DNA from: Octopus sinensis
Taxonomy: Eukaryota
DNA length: 64,000 nucleotides
Assembly (NCBI RefSeq): GCF_006345805.1
Contig: NC_043011.1
Span: 35,600,464 to 35,664,463 of the forward strand
Reading direction: 5' to 3'
The notes below the pieces were generated by a model. That model did no database searches, was not told where the DNA came from, and worked only from the letters and a program-made list of their open reading frames with translations. Position numbers and translations under genes: made by a program. Shown one piece after another: positions 38,325 through 52,116 of the stretch (its first letter is position 1; each line of letters starts with the position of its first letter).

Positions 38325-38461
38325 ATGTCTGTACATATACACATATATATTTTCATTTGTCCATACAGTCAGAAGAACATAATAAATCTGCTTAGAAATC
38401 TAGGAATGTTTGAGTTCCACAAAAACGAACAGAGCAGGCTGAATTGCATTCTTCTGATATA

Positions 38462-38693
38462 TGTTTCTTTATTACCCACAAGGGGTTAAATATAGAGGGG
38501 ACAAACAAGGACAGACAAACGGATTAAGTCGATTACATCGACCCCAGTGCGTAACTGGTACTTAATTTATCGACCCCGGAAGGATGAAAGGCAAAGTCGA
38601 CCTCAGCGGAATTTGAACTCAGAACGTAACGGCAGACGAAATATGGCTACACATTTTGCCCAGCGTGCTAACGGTTCTTCCAGCTCGCCGCCT
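38462..38693 (-). mobile_element. SINE family A, tail 1, with 13-bp TSD
   Basis: TSD ttcttctgatata at 38449-38461 and 38694-38706. Confidence 0.92.
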
Positions 38694-39352
38694 TTCTTCT
38701 GATATAGTTGGTTAGAACAACAGTGAAGATTCATAAAACACTTCAGGGATTCTTCATTCGAGGTCTCTCAATTAACATACATTCACAATCAGATACACAT
38801 CACACATAATCACACAAAATAATGAAACGCACATTTGTGTTCTATTATAATATGTACTACGAAGAATTCAATTCTATCCACATGCCCACATTTATAAGTG
38901 ACTCATATACATATATGCATACCTCAACCAATTCAGATACCCACAAACCTCAAAGGTTGCCATGACTTAGACAAAAAAGTCTTTGGAATTCATTTGGATA
39001 ATGTCCAAGGATAGATTTGTTGTAAGGGTAACAACTAGGTAAACGTAAAGTTAACTTCTCGAGTCATGCTGACTCATAAGGGCTGGTTTCCTGGTTTCCA
39101 TGGCATAAAAGTTCTCCACCTGGACAAGGCACCAGTCCCTCGCAGGGTTACTCATTTTTGCAAGCTGAGTGGACTGGAGCAACGTGAAAGGAAGTGTTTT
39201 GCTCAAGAACACAATGCACTGCCTGGCACAGGAATCGAAACCACAATCTAACGATCATGTGTCCAACATCCTAACCACTAAGCCATGTGTGTATGTGTGT
39301 GTGTGTGTGTATGTATGAATGTACATATGTATGTACAGAAGCATGCACATGC

Positions 39353-39405
<53 letters not shown>

Positions 39406-39438
39406 AATCAATCAATCAATCAATCAACCAATCAATCA

Positions 39439-39487
<49 letters not shown>

Positions 39488-40338
39488 CTATCTATCTATC
39501 TATCTGTTTGTTTGTCTATCTGTCTGTCTGTTTGTCTATCTATCTGCCTGCCTGTCTATTTGTCTGTCTATCTATCTATCTATATATCTTTAAAATATTC
39601 CCAAGGAATTCCCAAAGTGTAGTTAGATAGTCAACACTGCTCAACGGAGGCCTCCAACAATATCAAACTTCTCTACAACTTCTCTACACGCATCAACAAC
39701 AACTGACCTCTAAGCCAAAATTCTGAAAATGCACGATTTTTCTTGGGAATATATATTTGACATAATGCAAAATAAAAACATCCTATTTCTTTTGTAACTT
39801 TTAACAATGCTTTTGTCTTCTTTAATGGCCATAGATCGATAGGATTCACCAAATGTTGTTAATATTTCTTTGTCCAGAGATTCAGGTGTGTGCTACAAAA
39901 TTTTAAATAATATGTTTTGTATTTTGTAATATTGTTTCTGTGTTCTTGAGTATAGAGAAGTATCAGCAGACTTCGTCTAGAAAATGTTCACATAGAAAAG
40001 ATTTGGTATTCTAATCTCTATACATTTATTTTGTCTTCTGAGATTTGAATATTTGTTTCCAGTACTTAAATAAAAGCACACCTAGTCTTGTATCACTTAA
40101 AATTTACACTATATATTCTTCAGAGTAGAAGCAACAATAGCCTTTGTCTTCAAATTGTTAATATAAATTCTCTCCATTATGTTTCTGTACTTGCAATTTT
40201 TTTCTAAAAGCCTCAATTCTTCTTGGTTATGCCACATGCAGAGTCATACATATTAATACGCGTGTATAGATACAGGCACGTGGCAAAGGAATCACGAATC
40301 TCGAATATGGTTTTACAAAACATCTATATGTACCTATA

Positions 40339-40384
<46 letters not shown>

Positions 40385-40418
40385 CATATATATTTATTCA
40401 TATATATGTACCTATATG

Positions 40419-40462
<44 letters not shown>

Positions 40463-41431
40463 CATATATATTTATTCATATATATGTACCTATATGTATA
40501 ATATATATATATATATATTTATTCATATATATGTACCTATATGAATAAATACACACCCACACATGTGTGTATTTATACATATACATATACATCAATATAC
40601 GTGCATATATAAATATATTTGTAGGTAATGACAAGCAACTAAGACCTTTGGAGATATGCCATGCTTGAGAAGAGCCGTCAAGCCAAGTGAGATCATAGTC
40701 GTAGCAGACACCAATGTCATTTAACTGGCCTTTTTAAAGCACCCTTCAATCATTGGGCAATATGTTGTACTTGTGAAGACCTACTGAACTGCGCGAAATT
40801 GGAGTTGTGGCCGGTGCCAGTGCCATGTGAGTGGCACCTGTGCTGGTGGCACATAAAAAGCACTGTTTGGGCACTGGGCCACATGGAGGCAGTGACAGGT
40901 GACCAAGACCCTTGGTGATATACCGCGCTTGTATTGACCTGTCAAGCCAAATGAGACCATACTCAAGACTGATGTCAATGTCGGGTCAATGGCACCCATG
41001 CTGGCTGCATGTAAAAAGCATCTACTACACTCCTGGAATGGTTGGTGTTAGGAAGGGCATCCAACTATAGAAACCTTGACAAATAAGACTGGAACTTGGT
41101 GCAGCAACCCCCTCTTACCCGGCTTATCAGCTTTCAGTCAAACCGTTCAACTCATGCCAACATTGAAAACAGACATTAAACGATGATAACGATGATGATG
41201 ATGATATATATATATATATTGTGTTTATATATATTGGTGCAGGGGTGGCTGTGTGGTAAGAAGCTTGCTTCTCAACCACATGGTTCTGAGTTCAGTCCCA
41301 GTTCATGGCACCTTGAGCAAGTGTCTTCTACTACAGCATCAGGGTGACCAAAGCCTTGTGATTTGATAGATGAAAACTGAAAGAAACCAGTTGTGTGTGT
41401 GTGTGTATATATCTTACATACATTTTAAATA

Positions 41432-42160
41432 TATCTTTATATATATAAAACTGAGAATGTGTGTCTGTCTGTGTGTTTCCCTAAAACTTTTTGCCTAGGG
41501 CGAGCCCACAGCAATATCATATCTTCTCCACTACGATTCCCTAAAACTCGAGAACTACACAACCAATTTCATTCAAATTTTACACATGCCTTACTTAGGG
41601 TCCATGTAGTTTCATGGGCAAAAAAAATGTTCAACTTCTTGTATAGAGCGAGCCCATAGCAATATCATATCTTCTCCACTATTTCAGTATTACGTGTTAA
41701 AAGTGAAACAAAAACATTTCTCTATTTTATGTCAGATACTTTCACTTTAACAATAAAAATAATAATAACAATTGAATTATATGTAGTAAGTAATAATTAA
41801 AATCAAACTAAAGTATAATATAATCGTAACATAACAAAAGTAAAAATAGCAATTGGTATAAAATTGCATCAATGACTTGAACTTGAATAAGTGGTTTCAC
41901 ATGAATGGGAATAAATTAAAATAAAATTAGCGTGCAGAAATGGAATAGTCCAGATGGATAATAAAAAATTAAATTAAAGAAAAGACTATTGTCTATAAAG
42001 TATACAATGTAGAGAAAAAAGATTTGAACACATGGAGGAAAGCACCTTCGAAAAGTGTCTTGGTGTGACTATGAAAGATATCTAATCAGAGGTAGTAAAT
42101 TCGCCACAATAGAAGCAAGGTTCGAGTCAACGGAGCGTGCAAGGGAGTACTCGACTCGAA
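41432..42160 (+). mobile_element. Possible non-autonomous Helitron/Helentron-like element
   Basis: Starts atctttatatatataaaactgagaatgtgtgtctgtc, internal duplications, hairpin ttcgagtc..gactcgaa near the end; no clear CTAG terminus. Confidence 0.35.
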
Positions 42161-42683
42161 CTAAACAAAACTGTCCACATTACTCTACCTCTGGTATTTG
42201 AGTACAGTTTTTTCCACCATGTTTCGCATTTATGTGCTTATTCTGGTATATATATATATATATAAAGTTAATCCAAACATGAAAACACAAAGAGAAAACA
42301 CAACAACGCAAGTATGTGGAACAAGTATAGTGTTATTGGACGCTCAGGAAAGGAAAGATAGAAGGAGGATTTAACATTTCGAGCGGAGCTCTTCATCAGA
42401 AGCATAGGAAAAAGAAAGATGCAAGGAAGGGAAGACGGAGGAAAAAAAAGTTGCCAACGTAAAAACAACAAAAGACGAAAACTGTTGGTGTAGAAAACAA
42501 ACAGATGTATTAGCTGATGAATGCTGTATATATATATATATATATATTAATATACATACAGTCGTATGTAATATTATATATACATACACACACAACCATA
42601 TATAATACATAATTATTGTCCATCTTCCCTTCCTGATTATTCTCTCTCATGCTCATCTTGTATCTTGTGAGTAAACACTAGCA

Positions 42684-42853
42684 TAGGGGTCTCCAAGGGG
42701 GTCGATGGCAGTATTCAAGGGGTTAATAAATGCACATCTACTTAATTATCATTATTTATTTATTTTCTTGTACATGCTTGGGAGTCGATGTGGGGGGAGG
42801 GGGTGTCAAGGATTCCATGAAGGGGTTGATGGCCTAAAGTTTGTGGACCCCTG
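42684..42853. mobile_element. hAT-type MITE (170 bp)
   Basis: TIR (t)AGGGGTCTCCAA / TTGTGGACCCCTG; 8-bp TSD cactagca / ctctagca. Confidence 0.75.
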
Positions 42854-43333
42854 CTCTAGCATGAAGGGTCTAAAAGGTTAAGTTCTAAAAGACTTGGAGT
42901 CTAAAGGGTTTAGCGTACGGGTCTAAAAATTTGGAGGAACCTTGCTCTAGCATGGAGGGTCTAAAAGTTTTGGGTCTAAAGATTCTAGCATAAAGGGTCT
43001 AAAAAGTTTGGAGACCCCTGCTCTATCATGAAGGGTCTAAAGGTTCTAGCATAAAGGCTCTAAAAAGCTTGGGGATCCCTGCTCCAGCATAAAGGGTCTA
43101 AAAGGTTTGGGTCTAAAAAAATTGGGGTCTACAAGGTTTGGGGTCTAAAGGGTCTAGCATAAGGGTCTAAAAATTTTGGGGACCTTTGCTCTAGCATGAA
43201 GGGTCTAAAAGTTTTGGGTCTAAAGATTCTAGCATAAAGGGTCTAAAAAGTTTGTGGACCCCTGCTCTAGCATGAAGGGTCTAAAGGTTCTAGCATAAAG
43301 GCTCTAAAAAGCTTGGGGATCCCTGCTTTAGCA
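42854..43333. repeat. Minisatellite of gggtctaaa units and repeated hAT right-TIR + TSD
   Basis: Six further ttg..gacccctgctctagca variants; ~135-bp higher-order unit repeated at ~240-bp period. Confidence 0.85.
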
Positions 43334-43921
43334 GCTCATCACTACCACTGTTGTCTTCTTTCCTGTTACTCCTACTCACCTTCATATAATATAGAGTGAC
43401 CATGTATCTCCTCTACTGCTAGGGACCTGTGCTTGTCTCTGTATCTCATTTTAGCCCCTCAGCAGTTGACATGTTGCCTGAGGGTATTTTCTTTGCCTTA
43501 CAAGTGATCTCACTACTGCCGGCATTGTGCAAAAAGCCCTCTGTAAACTCTGTAATGCAGCTGGCATTAGGAAGGACATGAAGCTGTAGATACCATACCA
43601 AAACTGACATTGGAGCTTCATGCAGTTCTCTGGCACACTGCACCCTGTTGGACCATCCAACGCAAGAGAAGTGTGAAATGCTGGTACCAACGGTTGTGTG
43701 TGTGTGAATGTATATAATTTATGACTGATTTATCTAGAAGCTGATGTATGCTGTTTATTAGGAAAGGAAGCTGGTTTTGGGTGTGGAGTGACAACAAACT
43801 ATGAAACATTCCACCAGGAATGTTCTTTGCTCCTTTTTTTTCCAGAAAATCAATAGCACAGAAATAAGTGTTTGCAGTTTTATTTCCTCTACATCAAACT
43901 TTTTAATATCTTCATTTATTT

Positions 43922-44560
43922 AAGGCAGCAAGCTGGCAGAAACGTTAGCACACTGGGTGAAATACTTAGCAGTATTTCGTATCCTGTTACGTTCTGGGTT
44001 CAAATTTCGCTGAGGTCAACTTTGCTTTTCATCCTTTCGGGGTCGATAAATTAAGTACCAGTTACGTATACTGGGATCCATGTAGTCAACTTAATCCCTT
44101 TGTCCTTGTTTGTCTCCTTGTTTAGTCTCTTGTGGGCAATAATGAAATAAGAAATGTTAGCACACTGGGTGAAAGGCTTAGCAGTATTTCATCTGTTTTT
44201 ACGTCCTGAGTTCAAATTCCCCTAAGGTTGACTTTGTCTTTCATCCTTTGAGGTCGATAAATTAGATATCAGTTGCGTACTAGGGTCGATCTAATCAACT
44301 GACTCCCTCCCCCAAAATTTCGGGCCTTGTGCCTAGAGTAGAACCGAATATTTTTATTAAAGGTGGCAAGCTGACAGAAATGTTAGCACACCGGGTGAAA
44401 TGCTTAGTGGTATTTCGTCTGTCTTTACATTCTGAGTTCAAATTACGCCAAGGTCTTCAGGGTCGATAAATTAAGTACCAGTTGCGTACAGAGGTGGATC
44501 TAATTTACACCCCCTCTCCCCCAAAATTTTGGGTCTTGTGCCTAGAGTTGAAAAGAATAT
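43922..44560 (+). mobile_element. Cluster of three SINE family A units (one tail 1, two tail 2)
   Basis: Shared head and core; tail 2 = aaaattt(c/t)ggg(c/t)cttgtgcctagagt..gaatatt. Confidence 0.85.
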
Positions 44561-46999
44561 TTTCATTTATTTCAATTCTTCTGATTTATGGTGTTTTAGG
44601 CAAAAGATGCATATTATCAAAAGCACAATTATGAAAATTAGGCTATCCACCATGTAGCTAGCTTTACTTATGACTGTTTTATATGGCAGCTGATTTATGT
44701 TTTCGATTGGAGAAGGAATCAGGTTTATATGTTTCCTGAGGAGTGATCAAGAAACCATGAATCTGTCTGTGAGGAAACTCTCTCTTACATTTTCCTGCAA
44801 ATCAATTACATTGAAAGGGTACACTTACATTCGCATTTTGCTCACAGTGTGGCTTTGTGTTATTTAGATTGATTTTTTTCCTTCTCATTTATTCACTGTT
44901 GTGTGTGCACGTATATATGTATATATACATACATATATGTATGTATGTATGTGTGTGTGTGTGTGTGCGTGTACATACACACACACACATAAACATATTT
45001 ATACACAAATATGTGCATAGAAAGCAGACATCTCTATACATAGAAACATCCACATACAATCCTTCTTTTACTGTTCTGTTAATGGTTTCAGTCATTGTTC
45101 TGCGGCCGTGCTGGGGGTAAGTAGGAAAGACTATCTTTAAGGGCTTTTTGTTGATTATATGAAAATGCTTTCCACTTTATTCTGCAGAGAGCAACCCCCT
45201 GTAGTTTGACCAGGAATTCTATTTGCACAGCAAAATGTACATTTACTAAACATACATCAGAAGATTTATTTACAAACTTATCTAGACCAGAAATATTCTA
45301 TCTCAGTATTTTAGCTAATTAATATGAAATCACCATATAAGGCAGTGAGCTGGTGGTATCGTTAGCAATGCTGGGCAAAAAAGCTTAACAGCATTTCATT
45401 CATCTTTACGTTCTGAGTTCAAATTTCACTGAGGTTGACTTTGCCTTTCATCTTTTTTGGGTTACTCTTTTACTCTTTTCAGTTATGTGACTGTGGCCAT
45501 GCTGCAGCACTGCCTTTAGTCGAGCAAATCGACCCCAGGACTGTAAGCATAGTACTTATTCTATTGATCTCTTTTGCCGAACCGCTAAGTTACAGGGATG
45601 TAAACACACCAGCATCGGTTGTCAAGCGATGTTGGGGGGGGAGGGAATACTGACACACAAACATATACACACACATACATATATATATACATATATACGA
45701 CAGTCTTCTTTCAGTTTCTGTCTACCAAATCCATTCACAAGGCTTTGGTTGGCCTGAAGCCATAGTAGAAGACACTTGCCCAAGATGCCATGCAGTAGGA
45801 CTGAACCCAGAACCACGTGGTTGGTAAGCAAGCTGCTTACCACACAGCCACTCCTACGCCTATAATAATTATAAAAAATTTTAAAAATTTATTGATAAAA
45901 AAAAATAGCATTGGGGTCAGTTTAATCGACTTAACCCCTTCCCTGAAATTGCTGGCCTTCTGAAACCAGTATGATATTATATAGTGCTTTACATACAGAG
46001 AACTCAGTACCAGCTAAGAGTATTACTACAGCCATTGGTGTCCAGTAATAAGTGATGTCACTCAGAAAATGTTAAGGTTGTTTTTGGCCTTTGTATCACA
46101 GTAATCTGTTTTTCTCTTCTGTTAGCCAAGCAGCCTTCTCACCATACCACAGTTAGTTGCAACCACCCAACAAATATTTCATAGTATATTTATCCATTAT
46201 GAAACTTTCTTTGTGCTCACCTGCTGATCACAAATCATAGCCCTGTTATACCACCCACATCTAATGCTTACCTGGTAAAACATTGTAGATCTGACCACAA
46301 AATTAAACCATTACATCTTCACTGGAAATAATTGAGATACAGGAATTGGCGTGCGACAGTATGTCTCTCTGGATTTTCTCTGTTTTTAAGAACTTCGTTT
46401 GATATGCCAACTCTAATATGCTTTCTCAAATCCCATTATTATGCCCCAGTCAAATTATTAAGCTTTAAGGTAAGGGTGATGCTTCATTAGTGCAATTTGA
46501 ATCAGGGACATGAGCACCTCTTTCCCCTCCAGTGAATAGCACTATTAGGAAGTCTGAAACTTGGCTTTCATTTGCCTACACTGTTGCAACAGATTTATAC
46601 ACACATATGCATACATACATACATACATGCATGCATGCATGCATACATGCATACATACATACATACATACATCACCGTCACCGTGACCAATCAGGCTATC
46701 AGATGTTGCTACACATCGCTGATCACAATGCGCTTTGCATTGTTTTAGCCTTCAAATAATGCCACCCCACAGGCTAAGCGAGCAGGCCAGCAGAAGAAAG
46801 AGTGAGAGAAAGTTGCAGCAAAAGAGTACAGCAAGGATTGTTGCCACCCCCTGCCGGAACATCGTGGAGCTATAGGCGTTTTCACTCAATAAACACTCAC
46901 AACGCCCGGTCCCGGATTCGAAACCGTGATCCTACAACCGTGAGTCCGCTGACCTAACCACTGGGCCATTGCGCCTCCATATATGTGTGTGTGTGTGTG

Positions 47000-47041
<42 letters not shown>

Positions 47042-47067
47042 ATATTTTGGAATGGTCATATTTAAAC

Positions 47068-47108
<41 letters not shown>

Positions 47109-48643
47109 TATATGCACACACACACACAAACATATATATATATATAATGGGAATCCTGTTATGGGGAAAATAAAGGTAAAACTAAAAATATAATATATAG
47201 ACATATAGTTACAACTGAGGGCAAGGAATTCTTTTACATCATTGGAAGATCAGTAACTTTCAAGAGGAGACTGGCAAATCATTTGAGTTCATTTAAAGAT
47301 AAAAACAAGGGTAATATAATAAATTCTAGACAGGAGCAAACATTGGGGTGCTTACACATGAGGAAATTCACTTTTCTTCATCCTCCTCCTCCTCTTCCTC
47401 ATCTTCATCATCGTTTAACGTCCGTTTTCTATTCCGGCATGGGTTGGACGGTTCGACTGTGGTCTGGGAAGCCAGGAGGCTGCACCGGGCCCCAATCTGA
47501 TCCATGTGGTTGGGAAGCAAGCTACTTACCACACAGCCATAACTGTGCCTATGATTATTTCAGAATTTAATATGGAAAACGGTAGGAAAAAGTGCAGACA
47601 TTTCCTGTATCTCGAATTTGTCTCTTCGTATGTTTTGATAATTTAATTACAATTAAATTAGACAAAAAAAAATGAAAATCTTTAGAGACTCACATGTTTC
47701 CTGCAATTTCTAACATACCAAACAACCACGTAAATGTTGAGTATTGTTTGTTTTAAAGAAAGAGATTAAGACTTATGGTGATGTACTTGCATAGCAAGTG
47801 ACCTGATCTGAGATCGTGTGCTAGAACGAAAACAATTGCAGCATGGAATGTGTTTATAAGCCATTTAAGAACACACACAAAAAACGTCAAATTCACTTCA
47901 ACATTTAAATTTAATTTGCCAAAATATTTTTGGCACTTTGAGACTGTGATCTGTTCACTGACGAAATCCCACGCAGCATCTGCAGATTAAGACTGCAATA
48001 AAATAATGAACAAAATTTAAATTCAATTATTAGTGTTAACACTATACTCATCTTTGTACAAAAGATTTCTTTCAGGGAATATTCTGCAAATGAAATAATC
48101 CTCAAAAGTAATTTTTTTTTTCAGGTTAATTATATAATCACAATATCTGTCCTTCCCCATTAATGTTCACGTTAAATTCCAAAACGATTGTAATTCATAC
48201 TATCTAAAATGTGCTTGTAGGAAATTTCATTAAAAAATATCAAATTTCTGAAACTTACGAGAAAGCAAATTAAGGTGTGTGTGAATTATTACAAAATGCT
48301 CTTGAAAATATTTTTCACAAAAAAAAAAAAAAAAAAATTCTAAAATAATCATAATTCTACATTGTATGAAAGATATTAGCAGAAAGTTTTGCTAAAAAAA
48401 ATTATCTCTTCTTCAGAAAGTTAAGTGGAAACAAAATTAGATCGGGAATATGCTTCTGTAGTTATGCTGAATTAAAAAAACAGGTAACTAATTAAACATT
48501 AAAACATTAATGAACTTAAAAAACATTAAACATTAAAAAGCATTAAAGAAACAGTTAGCTAATTAAAATTCAATCAATATTTTGCAATGAATAAAAATTT
48601 CAAGTTGAAATCTTCAATAATAGAAGCAGTGGAAGCTACATCT

Positions 48644-48681
<38 letters not shown>

Positions 48682-49184
48682 TATATATCGAATTGAACCA
48701 GCCAGGATCCCTGGTCTGGTGGTACGTAAAAAGCACTATCCGACTCGTGGCCGATGCCAGCGCTGCCTCGACTGGCTTCCGTGCCGGTGGCACATAAAAT
48801 ACACCATTCCGACCGTGGCCGGTGCCAGCCTCGCCTGGCACCTGTGCAGGTGGCACGTAAATAGCACCCACTACACTCACGGAGTGGTTGGCGTTAGGAA
48901 GGGCATCCAGCTGTAGAAACATTGCCAGATAAAACTGGAGCCTGGTGCAGCCTTCTGGCTTCCCAGATCCCCGGTCAAACCGTCCAACCCATGCTAGCAT
49001 GGAGAACGGACGTTAAACGATAATGATGATGATGATGATATATATATGTAAATTGAAATTTATGGTAATTTTTTAGATAGGGAAGATTTTAATAATTGCT
49101 TTCTTTCAGTAAACGTTACACACTCCAAAGTAATTAATGCACAGTTTTCTTTATCATACTAGAGATAAACCCACATACATACAC

Positions 49185-49218
<34 letters not shown>

Positions 49219-49669
49219 AGGAGAATTTATGAAAAAACACAAGACGAAGACAGGTGGTGTACAAAACAAACAGATGTATTAGTATAGCGCTCAGGAATAG
49301 AAAAAGTCTTTTACGTTTCGAGCCTACGCTCTTTTTCAGAAAGGGACACAGAAAAACAAGGAGAAAAAAAAGAAGAGAATAAATGGATATATATATATAT
49401 ATATATATATATTGTCATCATTGTTTAAAGTCCATTTTCCATGTTGGTATGGGTCAGACAGTTTGACATGGAGCTGGACAGCTAAAAGCTGTCCAGACTC
49501 CAATTGTGTGTTGTGGTATGGTTTCTATGACTGGATACCCTTCCTTACACCAACCACCTAAAGCAGTGTGCTGGCTGCATTTTATGTACCACAAGCATGG
49601 GTGTTTTTATGTGGCACTGGCACCATCATATATATATATATTATATATTATATATATATATACATATAC

Positions 49670-49702
<33 letters not shown>

Positions 49703-49781
49703 ATATATACATATATACATATATGATGAGCTTCTTTCAGTTTCCCTCTACTAAATCCACTCACAAGATTTTGGTCACCAA

Positions 49782-49815
<34 letters not shown>

Positions 49816-49845
49816 TAGATAGATAGATGGATAGATAGATAGATG

Positions 49846-49879
<34 letters not shown>

Positions 49880-49962
49880 CAGACAGACAAATAGATACAT
49901 AGATGTACAGATAGATACATTGATATACAGATAGATAGACAAACAGATAAATAGATAGATAG

Positions 49963-50042
<80 letters not shown>

Positions 50043-50117
50043 TTAGGAGAGAGATAAATATATATGGGTATATAATGCAAACACATAAATATGTATATAC
50101 AAATACACACACACACA

Positions 50118-50175
<58 letters not shown>

Positions 50176-50464
50176 TATGTATATATACACACACACACAT
50201 ACACATATGTATACATACATATATTTCTATGCATATAGGCACACTCAAAGACACACTCTGTGTGTGTGTGTGTGTGCATACATATATTAGTAGATATACA
50301 CAAAACCCAGTTATTATAAATGTATTTCTACACTTATTGAAAGAGTTGTATTCTGCATTGCCATTTGATCTCATCTCTTCAGAACAAAGAACACAAAAGT
50401 GTATGTATATTTGTAAGCATGTATGTATATATGTGTGTGTGTGTGTGTATACATACATACATGC

Positions 50465-50505
<41 letters not shown>

Positions 50506-50960
50506 CACACACATACATGTGATAAATATCGGCTTTGTTCATTGTATGTATTTATTTGAGCAAGTTTATTTTTTACTATTTTGCTTCATTAGTAAAGTAA
50601 ACAAACCTTGACTAATGAAACACTTTTGGGCCCCATTAACTCCATAATCAGGTTCATCTTTTTCAAAAGCTTTCGCTCACTTTGCTTGACTGTTATTTTA
50701 ATTCTAACAGAAAAGAAAAGAAAAAAATCAAGTATTTCTGCATCCATTCTATTCTTATAATAACACAACCTTTTGATAATGCTGGGGCTAATGAAACTGT
50801 CTCTATGAGGTCATTGAATCAACCTGGGGGAAAAACAGCATATAAATCTCTATCTCAGATCATATCCTCGTCGTCGTCATCGTCGTCGTCGCCATCGTCA
50901 TCATCATCATCGTTTAACATTCGCTTTCCATGCTGGCACGGGTTGGACGGTTTGACATGA

Positions 50961-51071
50961 TGGTTTCCCTCAGGATAGCTGGCGCCAGCGGGAGAACGAC
51001 ACGCAATTCCGTCCGGTAAAGCGAACGACTGGAGGCCCCGGGGACGTTGACGGCCTCGATCTACTCTCGAA
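50961..51071 (+). pseudogene. Retroposed 28S (LSU) rRNA fragment followed by A11
   Basis: TTTCCCTCAGGATAGCTGGCGC and TCCGGTAAAGCGAA.GA.T.GAGG.C..GGG are conserved eukaryotic LSU segments in correct order and spacing; gaggcc/ggcctc helix preserved. Confidence 0.85.
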
Positions 51072-51085
51072 GATAAAAAAAAAAA

Positions 51086-51316
51086 GGTGGCGAGCTGGCA
51101 GAAACGTTAGCATGCCGGGCGAAATGCTTTGTGGTATTTCGTCCGCCGCTACGTTATGAGTTCAAATTCTGCTGAGGTCGACTTTGCCTTTCATCCTTTC
51201 GGGGTCGATAAATTAAGTACCAGTTACGCACTGGGGTCGATGTAATCGACTTAATACCCATGTCTGTCCTTGTTTGTCCCCTCGATGTTTAGCCCCTTGT
51301 GGGTAATAAAGAAATA
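51086..51316 (+). mobile_element. SINE family A, tail 1, fused to the 28S fragment
   Basis: Full head, core and tail; TSD ggtttgacatg at 50949-50959 and 51317-51327 brackets 28S + A11 + SINE. Confidence 0.92.
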
Positions 51317-51530
51317 GGTTTGACATGCAGCTGGTTAGTAGGAAGCTGTCCAGACTCCAATTGTCTGTTGTGGCATGGTTTCTACGTCCAGATGCCCTTT
51401 CCTAATGCTAACCACTTAGCAGAGTGTGCTGGGTGCTTTTTATGTGCCGCTGGCACAGGTGCCCTCATTTAAGTGGCACCAGCGCCTGAAAGGACAAGCC
51501 TGTATGTATGGGAGACAGCAATTTTACTTA

Positions 51531-52116
51531 GAGGCGAGCTGGCAGAAATGTTAGCAGGTCAGGTAAAATGCTTAGCGGTATTTCATCTGCCACTACGTTC
51601 TGAGTTCAAATTCCGTCGATGTCGACTTTGCCTTTCATCCTTTCGGGGTCGATAAATTAAGTACCAGTTACGCACTGGGGTCGATGTAATCGACTTAATA
51701 CCTATGTCTGTCCTTGTTTGTCCCCTCTATATTTAGCCCCTTGTGGGTAATAAAGAAATAGGTATTTCATCTGCCACTACGTTCTGAGTTCAAATTCCGC
51801 CGATGTCGACTTTGCCTTTCATCCTTTCAGGGTCACTTAAATAAGCACCAGTTACACATTGAGGTTGATATAATCGACTTGATCCCTTTATCTGTCCTTG
51901 TTTGTCCTCTATGTGTTTAGCCCCTTGTGGGTAGTAAAGAAATAGGTATTTCATCTGTCTTTACATTCTGAGTTCAAATTCCACTGAGGTTGACTTTGCC
52001 TTTCATCCTTTCAAGGTCAATAAATTAAGTACCAGTTGCATACTGGGGTCGATCTAATTGACTGTCACTCCCACCAAAAAACATTGCGGGTCTTGTACCT
52101 AGAGTCGAAAAGAATT
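51531..52116 (+). mobile_element. Head-to-tail array of three SINE A units (tail 1, tail 1, tail 2)
   Basis: Both junctions read aagaaata|ggtatttcatctg. Confidence 0.88.

Noticed and set aside
46391-46469. Plus-strand 79-nt exon candidate with good splice signals
   Set aside because: The peptide is unrecognisable, it has no partner exons, and such signals are expected by chance in 64 kb.
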